Below are positions 1-13,400 of a stretch of DNA of 64,000 nucleotides, in pieces; the first letter of the stretch is position 1, and every line of letters starts with the position of its first letter. The stretch comes from Raja brachyura (Eukaryota). The notes under the pieces were generated by a model. It had not been told where the DNA came from, ran no database searches, and worked only from the letters and a program-made list of their open reading frames with translations. The stretch is taken from assembly GCA_963514005.1 (NCBI GenBank), contig OY740782.1:24552001-24616000 (forward strand), read 5' to 3'. The position numbers were made by a program, and so were the translations under genes.

Positions 1-540
1 CTTTCAGGTTTGCTGTTGGTCATTTCTCGTGTTCTCTAATTGCCCATTTTATGTGCTGCTTCATTTACTGACTGAATTCCCTATAATGGCTGAAATGACT
101 TTTGTGTTAACTGCCTATCATCTGATGTATGCTTTTATTCCCTGCTCTATTTGACTATATTTTTGCTCTTCTATAGAGCGTTAGTTTCCCTACACTCCTG
201 CTTCATGTGAATAATCTGGCACTATAAGTGAACCAAGACCACCCATTGTTCTATTTTAGTATTGCAAGCCAAGCTTCAATGGTGATACACTTGAAACATA
301 TCCATTCTCTTCACAATGAAATTGGCTCTGCTCCAATTGACTGTTTCTTTTACCTTGGAATAGTAAAATTGCTTTTCCATACTTTAGGTTTAAAACCTAA
401 CATTATTGTTCGGGATTATTCAGGAGTTATAAAATTATGTGACAGGTGTTGATTCAAATAAGAATCAATGTTCAGAATATCTATTGTACATTGAAAACAG
501 TTATCAGTTTGAAATTAATATACAGTAGCGCAGGGTGTAA

Positions 541-1035
541 ATCTCAAAGTCGAGAGGGCACAGCTTTAAGTTGAGAGGGGTGAAGTTTAAAGGAGATATG
601 TGGGCAGATGTTTACACAAAGTGCAATGGGTGCCAAGAACAAGCGGTCTGTTGTGTGGTGGCAGATGCAAATACATTGATGGCATTTAAGGGACATTTGG
701 AGAGGTACATTCATATACAGGAATGGCCCCATAGCAGAAGCATCCACGTCGCGGGACTGGAAACTGGAAGTATCCTGAGCTAATTCTGCTACCGCCATCA
801 TCTATTGCAAGAAGTGATGGCTTCCACTGATTTTCACCGGAAGCTTGCGTCCTTTTCGGGACGGAGGATGACAGCGATGCCAACATTTGTAACAAGATGG
901 ATGCGAAAAGAAGAAGAAGATATACAGGAATGGAGAGATATGGATCATGTGCGGACCGAGGAGAATAATTTAACGGCATCATTGTTTGGCGTGGACTGTA
1001 GGCTGAAGGACCAGTTCTGTGCTGTACTGTTCTAC
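541..1035 (+). mobile_element. Old CR1 LINE 3' fragment, interrupted at 727-919
   Basis: agagggcacagctttaag...aagtttaaaggagat and a CR1-type 3' UTR ending ctgtgctgtactgttcta. Confidence 0.75.
727..919 (+). mobile_element. Short non-LTR 3' end, RTE-like, with (GAA)n tail and 14-bp TSD
   Basis: atatacaggaatgg at 713-726 and 920-933; insert ends gcgaaaagaagaagaag. Clade assignment is an inference. Confidence 0.65.
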
Positions 1036-2524
1036 ATTCCAATAACCTCAAGATATCGGGTAAATTATTTAGCACTAAAATGAGGAGAATCTCTGCACCC
1101 AAGTAGACAGAGATTCTCATCCACAGAATATAGTTGAGGCCAAATAATTAAATATATTCAAGAAGGAATTAGATATAGTTTTAAAAACTAAAGAAAACAA
1201 TGGATATTGAGAGAAAGCTGGAACTAAATGCTGAATCTGCACAATCAGCTATGATTATATTGAAGGGTGAACTTGGCTCAAAAAGCCGAATGGCCTACTA
1301 TTTTCTGTTTCACTAAATTACTTGAAATATATGTTTAAGTCACTGCTCATATTTTATAATCCTGTATGATAAAATGCATTGTCCCAACAAATTCAATATT
1401 GTGCTTGAATATAAAACTGCATTCACATCTTGGGCATTGCAATAATCACAGCTTATTCATACTACAGAATTCTAGCAGCGATGAATGCTGATATATGATG
1501 TGGGCTGCTTTCAACATTAGCCTTTTAGTTCCTTTTTTATATACTAACTCTTAAAAGTCACAAGTATATTTCCACTTTCTATTATAATAACTAGCATGCA
1601 TCTAATTTGGTTTTTAATTAAAAATTGGGGAATCTAAGTGACATTTGTGGAAAATTATTCGTTAGGTATTAGGAATTCCATTCTGTGGAGTGATTGCTTT
1701 CTTGTCAGTATCTGCAAATTACTTAAAGCCTTTGACTTTGCTGTTGAAAGCAACAAGTAATAGATTAGACTTACTTGTCTAATCTATTACTGTTCACTTT
1801 GTGGCTATGTAACATTTTCCTTTGTCGGTACACCTTCGAAGCAGACATTTCCTTTGAAGAATACAAATTCAATGAGCATTGGAGCTGGTAAAGGAGCAGA
1901 ATGCCATTTTTTTTGTCTGATTTGTGAGTCAGATGAAAAAGTCCAGACCTCGCTTACTGTTTTTGCAAACAATATAGTAATTACTGGTTATTCATCATTT
2001 GTGTCAATTAACTTGATCTGTCAATTATAAACTCTTATCTGTCCTTCACACCTGATCCATATCACAACATTTACAACTCCCAGCTGCCTACATTCAGAAG
2101 CAGCCACCTGATCTCATGGACATACAAAACCACATGTGAATGAAAAATTATCACGCACATTTAAAGAATTATGCAGTATTCTGACAAAGCTAATCAAAAA
2201 AAATTCCCTCTAATTTATTTGACAATGCAGCTGGACCTTACCATTTTTCATCCAAGCTTATGATAAATGCACAAATCTTTCCAAAGGACAAAGGCAAAGG
2301 ACATTTATTATCCAATCACCCATGGATAACATATTATTGGTGATTAAAATAGATGGTGAGGAGCAACTTACGGTTTACCCTTCTACTGAAGAAAATCCAT
2401 ATATTGTGCTAAGAAATCCTTGATTCTGAAATCAGGAATGCAACATATCTTTCTGGTATCATATCTGTGTCTTTATAGACATAAAGGCCATGTGGCCAGA
2501 CAACATCCCAACTTGCTTCCCTAG

Positions 2525-3100
2525 GTCAGGGTAATGAGTATAAGGGTCAGGGTGTCATGAGGCAGCTTTATAGGACTTTCATTAGGCCGTATTTGGAGTA
2601 TTGCATGCAGTCCTAGTCACCAGAACAGGAAGGATGTGGAGGCTTTGGAAAGAACACAGAGAAGGTTTACCAGAATGATGCCTGGATTAGGGGTATTAGC
2701 TACAGGGGACAGTTGAACAGACTTGGATTGTTATCTCTGGAACACTGTTAGTTGTGGGGAGACCTGATAAAAATATTTACAATCATGAGAGGCATAGATA
2801 GAGTGTAATACTAGAGGGCATGACATTAAATTGTTTTAAGGGCAAAGTTTAAAGGAGATATGTGGGGCAAGTTTATTTTACACAGAGGATGGTGAGTACC
2901 TGGAACGTGCTCCCAGGGGTGGTGGTTGAAGCAGATACGATTATGGCATTTCAGAGACATTGGATAGGCACATGGATGTGCAGGGAATGGAATGATATAA
3001 CCATGTGCAGGCAGAGAAGAGTTGGTCTTGGCATCATGCTTGGCACAGACACTGTGAGTCAAAGGATTTAGTCTTGTGCTATCCTGTTCTATGTTCTATA
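2525..3100 (+). mobile_element. Old CR1 LINE 3' fragment
   Basis: Degenerate RPxLEYC and FTQRMVSTWNVLPGVVVEA; (ctatgtt)-type tail. Confidence 0.8.
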
Positions 3101-5486
3101 TATATGCAGAAAAGAGATTAATTTCAGAGTTGACGCAAAAGTAAATACCCATAATGACGAGACAGGATGTGACTGAAAATTTCATTAAGGAAACTTGTAA
3201 ATCTTAATTTAATGGTGCCGAGGGATAACACTCCAATGACTGGTCAGATCTGACACAGTTTGTGGCTGTTGAAGATCATTCATCCCTTTATTTCTACAGC
3301 TCCTGAAGCCAGTGGTCTTCGCCTAACAATCCAGAGTTGCTTCAGCAATGGCCTTCCTCACATATTTAAGGTCCGATGATTGTACAATGTTCAATCCCAT
3401 TCACAACTGCTCAGAAAATAAAGGAAATATTCTTGCATGCAGTAAGACTTGAACAACATTTAGGCAAAGGGTGATGAATGGTTGGTAATATTTGCACTAA
3501 ACAATTGTCAGGCAATGTCTATCTCCGGCAAGTGGAAGGCTATCTACCTGCCCTTGATAACATAGTCCCCCTTTCGGTACATCCTGTAAGAGTTGGGCTT
3601 GGCATCATGCTTGGCATAGACACTGTGAGCCAAAGGACCGATACTTGTGCTGTACTGTTCTACGTTCTGTATTTACACAGGAAAGAGCCTAATTTCAGAG
3701 TTGATGCAAAAGTGAATGCCTGCCAGGATCTATTCATTTAATTAAGTAATAATACTACAGCTGTCAGCTCAGCAGTCAATACATGGCTGCTAACCTGGAT
3801 TATTTAATTAAATTGGTGGGGGTGGGTGGTCACCACTGACCAATTTATATAGCCATAAGTACTGTGGTTATAAGAGCAGATCAAGGTTAGGTATCCCACA
3901 GCACGTGACTTCCCATGCCAAAGCCTTTCCATCATCTGCAAAGCAAACAAGGAGTTGGTACAGCACCAGCCACTTGTTTATATGAATACAGATCTAAGAA
4001 ACCTCAAAAGGCTCAACACCATCCAGGACATAGTTCGCAACTTGAAGGACAATCTTTCAAACACCCCAAACATCCATTTACGCCATTGTTGATGCATCGT
4101 GGCTTGCAGAATATCAGCAAAGTACACTGTAATTATAACTCTGGGATTATCCTAAGTACAGTACATCCTAAATCCATAACATCTGCTACCGATAAGGGCA
4201 AGGGAAGTATGTGCTTGGTAATGCCACCTCGTGTAGGTACTCCTCCGGGTAGTGCATCATCCTCATTTGGATGTATATATATCCCGTCCTTCATTATTGC
4301 TGGGACTTAATCTTATTACTGTTATCCAGATATATGAGACTTGTCCAGCTCAGTTTGAAGAAGAGTCCTGACCTGAAATGTCACCCATCAATTCCCTCCA
4401 CAGATATTGCCTGACTTGCCGGAGTCATTCCAGCATTTTGTGTTTCGCCCAAAACTCCATCTACAATTCCTTCTGTCCTCTTAAAAGATGCAGGCAATGA
4501 CCATCTCCGCAAGAGGGAGTCTAACCACCTTGATAATTGAGTCTCCCATTATGAACATCCTGGGGATCAGATGGCACAAGATGTGCATTCAACAGTCCTG
4601 AGGAACTCTGCCAGGATCTATTCATTTCATTAAGTAAAAATCCTACAGCTGTCAGCTCAGCAGTTAGCACATGGCCGCTAACCCGGCTTATTTAATTAAA
4701 TAGGTGTTCTTCTGTCCTTCATTTAATACCATTTAATTATATTTATTTTCAACACCTAGCAACACTTTGTTCCTATCCCTTGACCAATTTCTCACACTTA
4801 CCAAATTCTCGACTTTCACAAATCAGCAGCTGATTGGACCTGCGTTCCATATGCTCGTTGACTGCCAGTCTGACTAATTAAATCTACAGCAGAGCCACCG
4901 TTTATTTAGCTTTCTGTGTTAGCATCTGAATAAGGAAGTACTGAAGAATTCCCCATGAGCCTGGCAAGACCAGGTTTCCATTCACTCAGAATGTAATACA
5001 TGTAAGAGCAGTGCAGTCAATATTTATCCCTTAGCATTATTAAAGTAATGTATTGGATATTTTCTGATTAATGCTTGTGGGACTTTGCAGTGTGCAAATT
5101 GATTGACCTATAGTGCAGCTGTTTTTACACTTCAAAGGTACTTTGTGATTCACTTTGAGAGAACCCAAGGTCAAGGCAGGATCTGCATAATACAACTTTA
5201 TTTTCTTTTTAATAAAATCGAAATTCAATTTACTCTTTCCCCACCTTATTATCATTGCAGTATGCCACACTTCAAATAGATTTTGAAGTGAAATCATTAG
5301 TCTGTGTTTTTGCTTCAGTCTGGAGTACTGAGAAGATGTTTGTCAGCAAGACTATTTCTTGACAGGCTTTGCCTTCCCAGTTAGGATGCTTTCTGAAGCT
5401 TCCTTACTAACATAAAATAAATGCAGACAGTTTCCTCAATTCACTTAATTACAAATGAAAAACAAATTATATTAGTTATTCACTGA

Positions 5487-5875
5487 AGTTAGATACAAAA
5501 ATATGGAGTAACTCAGTGGGACGGGCATTCCATCGCTGGAGAGAAGGAATGGGTGATGTTTCGGGTCGAGACCCTTCTTCAGACTGAAAGTCATGGGAAA
5601 TACAAATGAGATATAGACGATGATGTAGAGAGATAAAGAGCAATGAATGAAAGATATGAAAAAAAGTAACGATGATAAAGGAAACAGGCCATTGTTAGCT
5701 GTATGTTGGTTGAAAACAAGAAGCTGGTGTGACTTAGGTGGGGGAGGGACATTGTTCTTTATCTCTCTACATCATCATCTATATCTCTCGTTTCCCTTTC
5801 CCGTGACTTACGGTCTGAAGAAGGGTATAATTTTTTTTTAAACCAGCATCTGCAGTTCCTTCCTACACAATTCAT
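5487..5875. mobile_element. Fold-back Penelope-derived terminal module
   Basis: Two opposite-orientation copies of the Penelope terminal sequence; candidate TSD ttcactga at 5479-5486 and 5876-5883. Confidence 0.65.
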
Positions 5876-6994
5876 TTCACTGACACTGGTACCTGAAGTA
5901 GCTGCTGTGGCACCTGAAGTAGCTGGTGTGGTTTACAGTAAATCAGATTACATCAAGTAAGATGTGTAATGAATGTGAATCTCTCTTTCTAACCATGAAA
6001 CTCATGTTTTTTTTCAGTTAGGTATGATGTCTAGATATGATAGATGAACGTACAATGTAATCAGGCACTGATGCCAAAATTCGATATTCTGCAATAACAT
6101 GGCCATTCTCAGCTGGAACAGAAGCTGGAATGTCGCAGTAACCCTCAGTGTGCAGAGCCTAGAGATGGGGAAGTGAGATGGGACCTTACTTCTGATCAGT
6201 ATTTGTGTTTTTGACTTTAAAATGCCTGTTGAAGTCTAAATATATTCTTCAATGGGTAGCGATACCTCTCGTATTTAACTATTCCAGGTTTTTAATTACG
6301 AATGATTTATGTTTAACGAGCAGCCAAAATGTAAGTGTGAAAATTATGCCCTATCATTTTTACTTTGGTCTCTATGGATGGATGTGCATATAGTTCTTTA
6401 TTTATGAACATAAAATCAGTAAATACCAAAATGTCCTTACATGAGATCTACATCGGCCTTTTCAATTTGTAAGATTTCCCTAAAATATGCTTACCAGGAA
6501 TGCAACGTTTGGCAAATTGGGGAATAGCTCAATTTTATTCTGTGTGCATTTGTGCATGATGCTGTGGTCCTGTTGGGCAGGATAGTCATGAGTTCTACCT
6601 GCTCTCACTGATCAGAACACTCGGTAGCAGAAGCTTTGAAGACACTGCAAGTGATCAGATTAAATTTTCTACCTTGAAAATAAATCTCTTCCTGATTTCA
6701 TGTCTATGTAGCACCTTAAAGCATTGTGAAGATATTGCAAAGCAGCAATGAAAATGGAATGTTTGGTAGTTTTTCTTTGGGACTGTGGAAAAGTACCAAT
6801 GAAACAGGTTAGGACCCTTCTTCAGGGGGTCACCAGTCTGAGGAAAGATCCTGACAAGAAACGTCACCTATCCATATCTTCCAGAGATGCTGCCTGACCC
6901 ATTGAGTTACTCCAGCACTTTATGTTCCATACCAGATTCCCCAACATCTGCAGTTCCTCATGTTTCTATTGATTAACCACACCTGGCATCTTAT

Positions 6995-7252
6995 AGGTGA
7001 GGAAAACATTTTTCACACAGAGAGTGGTGAGTCTCTGGAATTCTCTGCCACAGAAGGTAGTTGAGGCCAGTTCATTGGCTATATTTAAGAGGGAGTTAGA
7101 TGTGGCCCTTGTGGCTAAAGGGATCAGGGGGTATGGAGAGAAGGCAGGTACAGGATACTGAGTTGGATGATCAGCCATGATCATATTGAATGGCGGTGCA
7201 GGTTCGAAGGGCCAAATGGCCTACTCCTGCACCTATTTTCTATGTTTCTATG
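6995..7252 (+). mobile_element. CR1 LINE 3' end (family C, tail ctatgttt)
   Basis: FFTQRVVSLWNSLPQKVVEA and 3' UTR ggcctactcctgcacctattttctatgtttctatg. Confidence 0.9.
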
Positions 7253-7639
7253 TATCCAAACTGATACCATTGCTTTAAGTGTACAATTTTTAAAAATTGT
7301 ACATTCTTACTTATTTATCTCCATGTGTACTTATGAGAGTGCATAACACTGCATCCTACAGTGGTAAAGGACAGCAGCACTGGCTCATTGTTGGACTGTA
7401 GTATGCACCACGTGTAGTTGCATCACTATTGAATAGACTTCAATCGGCAAGGCATTAAAATACAGAGGTAATGAGGGCAAATGACAATAGTGAAGATGGC
7501 TGGCATGGACATACTCAACTGAATAATCTGTTTCTGTGCTGTACGATTAATGTTACAATGATATCACAACAGTCCACACTAAATAGGTAAGCCACTGTTG
7601 AAAAACAGGATTCCGGATGTTGGTTTGGTAGAGACTGTT

Positions 7640-8870
7640 ACAGAAGCATGTTACCTACTGATAAATCTTCTCACACCTTAAAAAATACCTTGCTCAACAG
7701 AAACAGCAAGATAACTTTAATTCAAAGCCATTTGAAACAATTGAAAGCCAAATGTTTGTGTCTAGAATTCAGAATCAACATGAGACAGTGTTTCATTGGA
7801 TAACTCCATCCTCTGCAAAATGGTGTGACTTTTTGAGTTGTGCCTTAAACAATAGATGGGTGGTCTCATGCACAAATAAATTCAACTAAAATAGTTGTGT
7901 ATGCAAATGCTGACATTTGAACTTGCTTCCAAAGTTGGGGTGTTCATGGACATAGCATCTAAGAATGCTAGAGAATTATTATCCACTATTGGGAATTTGA
8001 GTAGTTATAATCCATAGCTGGAGCAAAGCAGCAATGTCTAAAGCAACAAAATCAAGTTTGCAGTAGAGTGGTGAGGCCAGTTCAGTCAGTTGTTATAGTT
8101 GCAATAGCCAACATTCAACACTCATGACAGCTTATCAGTTTAGGACAGCTGAGTATTTCAGTTGATAATAGAATGGTCATGTCTCAGGAGTCCACAAATC
8201 CAGGCCAATGACAAGTAACAAAAGCAATTTCAGTGGTAATTCAGAACAACAGTAAAAATGAGGACTTTATGGTCAGAAGTTCATTCAGACCACGAGGAAC
8301 TGGTATTATACAATAACTATCCCACAAACAACAATAGTAGTGAACAAACAGATTTCTGAGGAAAGGAGCTGGCTATTAGCCAATGGATTGACATTAAAAT
8401 TGATCTGTCTGAGACTGCGTAATAATGAGCCAAGGCAATTACTCAGGCAACTTCAGTCAGGTACTTATATTGGAAAGCACAGGCACATTGAAAACTATGA
8501 TAAGATCTTATAAATATGACGGCAAATGAATTGCATAGTGGAATGGAACAGATGGGAATGAAAAGGTGAAAACAGGCCAAACTTATTGGAAAACAAATTT
8601 GGTTAAGACAACTCCGATTGGACCGAAAAAATATTTTCTGAATTGGATTTTCAAAGTTAACATCTTATTGTAAAGCCATGATGATATGTTGGAGGATAAC
8701 TATACTAGCAGGACAGGATACAATTTACACATTTGCAACAGATTGGATGCAAAGCTGGTCTTTTGCCAATCCAGACCTGTTCTGTATGCTGTTAACAGTC
8801 AAGTTGAGAAGGGATTGGATAGGCTGGAATAAAGCTGGAGCTCTTGTGAAAACCAACGAGAGCGAGTAAT
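7640..8870 (+). mobile_element. Heavily decayed Ty3/Gypsy internal fragment (gag - protease - start of RT)
   Basis: Manual translation gives LTFELASKV (~7910); a double zinc-knuckle remnant CYSCNSQH...YQFRTAEYFS***NGHVSGV (8091-8195); protease end RPNLL..WLRQLRLD (~8575-8625); RT start RPVLYAVNSQVEKGLDRLE/KAGALVKTNESE (8772-8866). The order is collinear with Gypsy gag-pol. Confidence 0.75.
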
Positions 8871-10469
8871 TATGGTCCAGGGCAATTATGGTCATGACCA
8901 AAGGCAAAAAACATGGGTGCAGCTGCGTGGAAACTAAAAAAGACGCACTAAATCTGGCTGTGGACGAGGAACAAAATCTGTTATATGCTTTGTGAATCTT
9001 GAATGCTGAATCAGCAGGGTCAAAATAGTTCACTAAATTGGACCCTTTCCACACCAACACACAATCTAAGTTAATAAAGATAGTCAGGAGCATCTGCCAA
9101 CTGGCACACAAGTAAGACTCCACTAATACATCCATTTCTTTTCTGACTTGTCAGGCATTGATCCAAGAATTTCCAAAGCCACGATGCATAGGGTTTTGTG
9201 TAACCAACATGATCTGCTGATTGCCATGTGCACTTAGACAGCAATCTTTCTAGAGATGTTACGTACATTATACATCATATTATATGTCAAATCGAGACTA
9301 GACGGTACATGGATAGGACAGGTTTAGCGGAATATTGGCCAAACGCAGGCAGGTGGGACTAGTGTAGCTGGGATATGTTGCTGGTGTGGGCAAGTTGGGT
9401 CGAAGGGCCTGTTTCCACACTGTATCACTCTATGAGATCCTGTTTTAATATGGAATAACTTTGTTTGAGGCCATGACACTGAAAACACTGAATTTTCTAA
9501 TGATGCTGCACCCTGAAATTATCATCCACATGGCTCTTATGACAGTCCTGGGCACAAAATTCTTTTCACATGCAAAGAATTGTGCACAACCATTCATACT
9601 AACTGTGGCAGGTAAATTGCTGGAAACCTGCTCCTATCTATTGGTTGTGGAGACTTTGGCTCAGATTGTTGTCCACATATTTGTTTGCGTGCCGGCAGTC
9701 TAAATTGTAGGTTCACTAGAACGGAACCTCACATTGTAGAGCAAAAAACTGATCCAACTTCAAACATCTGCCTAGGTTGACGGGGTAAGACTTGACCTCA
9801 TCATTGCAAATTAAAACAAACGCTTTTCCATTCTAAAGATGTGACCATTATTTGGCCATTAAGATAAATTGACTTTGGATTGGTGGAATTTTGCAGTTGC
9901 ACTAAGACTGATCATAGGACACATCACATCACAGTCCAAAAAACAAAGGGAATCATGGAGCATGTTCGGACAGTTGTCAGATAAATCTATATTTTCCCGG
10001 AAGTTTGTATTTCTTCAGTAAGATCTCTCCATTTGTAACTTTAGAGAATGCAAAGGGTCTAGATATACACCAGTTTTCATATGGAATCCAGAAACTTCAC
10101 CAAATCCATGTGCAGATAGATCTGATGTCACCTGTTTGCAGTATAATTAGTGGTTGTGGAGCATGTCTTAATTAAGGCGGGCTGTTCCAGTTAGGCAAAT
10201 TCATCTTTGCATCTGATATGTATTTCTATCTGTAAAGTGCTTTGGAATGTCCAGATAATCTAATAGGTGCAACATAAATATATTATTTCAGGATCAGGCT
10301 TAGGCTCCAAGAGTAGAATGGATGCGAGTCTGTACCTGAGAAGTCATAAGGCAATGGGGGTGGATGGCAATGTCGAGTTGGTAAAGTCATGAAATCAATT
10401 ATAACCTAGTTAATGATTGAATGGGATCAAACCATAAAATGGTCTACTCCTTTTTTTGATATTTCTGGA

Positions 10470-13400
10470 TAAAGTGGTAACATGTTTCCTGCCTCGAGAG
10501 TGTCCAAGCCCTTAACAATCTTACATGTTTCAATAAGATTCCCTCTCATCCTTCTAAACTCCACAGTGTATAAGCCCAGCTGCTCTATTCTCTCAGCATA
10601 TGACAGTCCCGCCATCCCGGGAATTAGCCATGTAAACCTATGCTGCACTCCCTCAATAGCAAGAATGTCCTTCCTCAAATTAGGGGACCAAAACTGCACA
10701 CAATACTCCAGGTGTGGTCTCACTAGGGCTCTGTACAACTGCAAAAGGACCTCTTTGCTCCTATATTCAATTCCTCTTGTTACAAAGGCTTTCTTCACTG
10801 CCTGCTTTACCTGCATGCTTACTTTCATAGACTGATGTACAAGGACTCCCAGATCACATTGTACTTCAACTTTTTCCAACTTGACGCCATTTAGATAGTA
10901 ATCTGCCTTCCTGTTTTTGCTCCCAAAGTGGATAACCTCACATTTATCCGCATTAAACTTCATCTGCGATGCATCTGCCCACTCCCCCAACCTGTCCAAG
11001 TCACCCTGCATTATCATAGCATCCTCCTCATAGTTCACACTGCCACCCAGCTTTGTGTCATCTGCAAATTTGCTAATGTTACTTTGAATCTCTTCATCCA
11101 AATCATTGATGAATATTGTAAATAGCTGTGGTCCCAGCACCGAACTTTGCGGTACCCCACTAGTCACTGCCTGCCATTCTGAAAGGGACCTGTTAATCCC
11201 TACTCTGTGTTTCCTGTCTGCCAACCACTTCTCTATCCATTTCAGCACTCTACCCCCAACGTCATGTGCCCTACTTTTGCCCACTAATCTCCTATGTGGG
11301 ACCTTATCAAATGGTTTCTGAACGTCCAGGTACACTACATCCACTGGCTCGCCCTTGTCCATTTTCCTATTTACACCTTCAAAAAATTCCAGAAGATTAG
11401 TCAAGCATGATTTCCCTATCTTCGTAAATCCATGCTGACTCGGACCGATCCTGTTACTGCTACCCAAATGTGCGGCTATCTCATCTTTTATAATTGACTC
11501 CAGCATCTTCCCCACCAACGATGTCAGGCTAACTGGTCTATAATTCCCCGTTTTCTCTCTTCCGCGTTTATAACCATATAACCATATAACAATTACAGCA
11601 CGGAAACAGGCCATCTCGGCCCTTCAAGTCCGTGCCGAACAACTTTTTTCCCTTAGTCCCACCTGCCTGCACTCATACCATAACCCTCCATACCCTTCTC
11701 ATCCATATGCCTATCCAATTTATTTTTAAATGATACCAACGAACCTGCCGCCACCACTTCCACTGGAAGCTCATTCCACACCGCTACCACTCTCTGAGTA
11801 AAGAAGTTCCCCCTCATGTTACCCCTAAACCTCTGTCCCTTAATTCTAAAGTCATGTCTTCTTGTTTGAATCTTCCCTATTCTCAAAGGGAAAAGCTTGT
11901 CCACATCGACTCTGTCTATCCCTCTCATCATTTTAAAGACCTCTATCAAGTCCCCCCTTAACCTTCTGCGCTCCAGAGAATAAAGACCTAACTTATTCAA
12001 CCTATCTCTGTAACTTAGCTGTTGAATCTATGTGAGATTCCACCTCTAATGAACTATGCACGGTTATTCCCAGATCCCTCTGTTCAACTGTATTCTTAAA
12101 TTCCCTACCGTTTACCATGTACGTCCTATTTTGATTTGTCCTGCCAAGGTGTAGCACCTCACATTTATCAGCATTAAACTCCATCTGCCATCTTTCAGCC
12201 CATTTTTCCAACTGGCCTAAATCACTCTGTAGACTTTGGAAATCCTCTTCATTATCCACAACACCCCCTATCTTGGTATCATCTGCATACTTACTAATCC
12301 AATTTACCACCCCTTCATCCAGATCATTGATATACATGACAAACAACAAAGGACCCAACACAGATCCCTGAGGCACCCCTCTAGTCACCTGCCTCCAACC
12401 TGACAAACAGCCATCCACCATTACCCTCTGGCTTCTCCCATTCAGCCACTCTTGAATCCATCTTGCTATTCCTGCATTTATACCCAAGAGTTGAACCTTC
12501 TTAACCAACCTTGCATGAGGAACCTTGTCAAAGGCCTTACTGAAGTCCATATAGACAACATCCACTGCTTTACCCTCGTCAATTTCCCTAGTAACCTCTT
12601 CAAAAAATTCAAGAAGATTAGTCAAACATGACCTTCCAGGCATAAATCCATGTTGACTGTTCCTAATTAGACCCTGTTTATCCAGATACTTATATATATT
12701 ATCTCTAAGTATCTTTTCCATTAATTTGCCCACCACTGAAGTCAAACTAACCGGTCTATAATTGCTAGGTTTACTTTTAGAACCCTTTTTAAACAATGGA
12801 ACAACATGCGCAGTACGCCAATCCTCAGGGACTATTCCCGTTTCTAATGACATTTGAAATATTTCTGTCATAGCCCCAGCTATTTCTACACTAACTTCCC
12901 TCAATGTCCTAGGGAATATCCTGTCAGGACCTGGAGACTTATCCACTTTTTCAAAAGTGTCAGTACTTCTTTTACTTTGAAACTCATAGTATCCTTAGCT
13001 ACTCTACTAGTTTCCCTTACCTCACATAATTCAATATCCTTCTCCTTGGTGAATACCGAAGAAAAGAAATTGTTCAATATCTCCCCCATCTCTTTTAGCT
13101 CTGCAGATAGCTGTCCACTCGGTCTCTCCAATGGACCAATTTTATCCCTTGTTATCCTTTTGCTATTAATATAGCTGTAGAAACCCTTTGGATTTACTTT
13201 CACCTTACTTGCCAAAGCAACCTCATATCTTCTTTTAGCTTTTCTAATTTCTTTCTTAAGATTCTTTCTACATTCCTTATACTCCTCAAGCACCTCATTT
13301 ACTTCATGCTGCCTATAATTTTTGTAGATCTCCCTCTTTTTCCGAACAAGATGTCCAATTTCCCTTGAAAACCAGGGCTCTTTCCAATTTTTACTGGTTC

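Noticed and set aside
8870-10150. Possible decayed transposase (LDPF...KLIKIV, IIIHMAL fragments)
   Set aside because: Resemblance too weak and no catalytic motif; needs a profile search.
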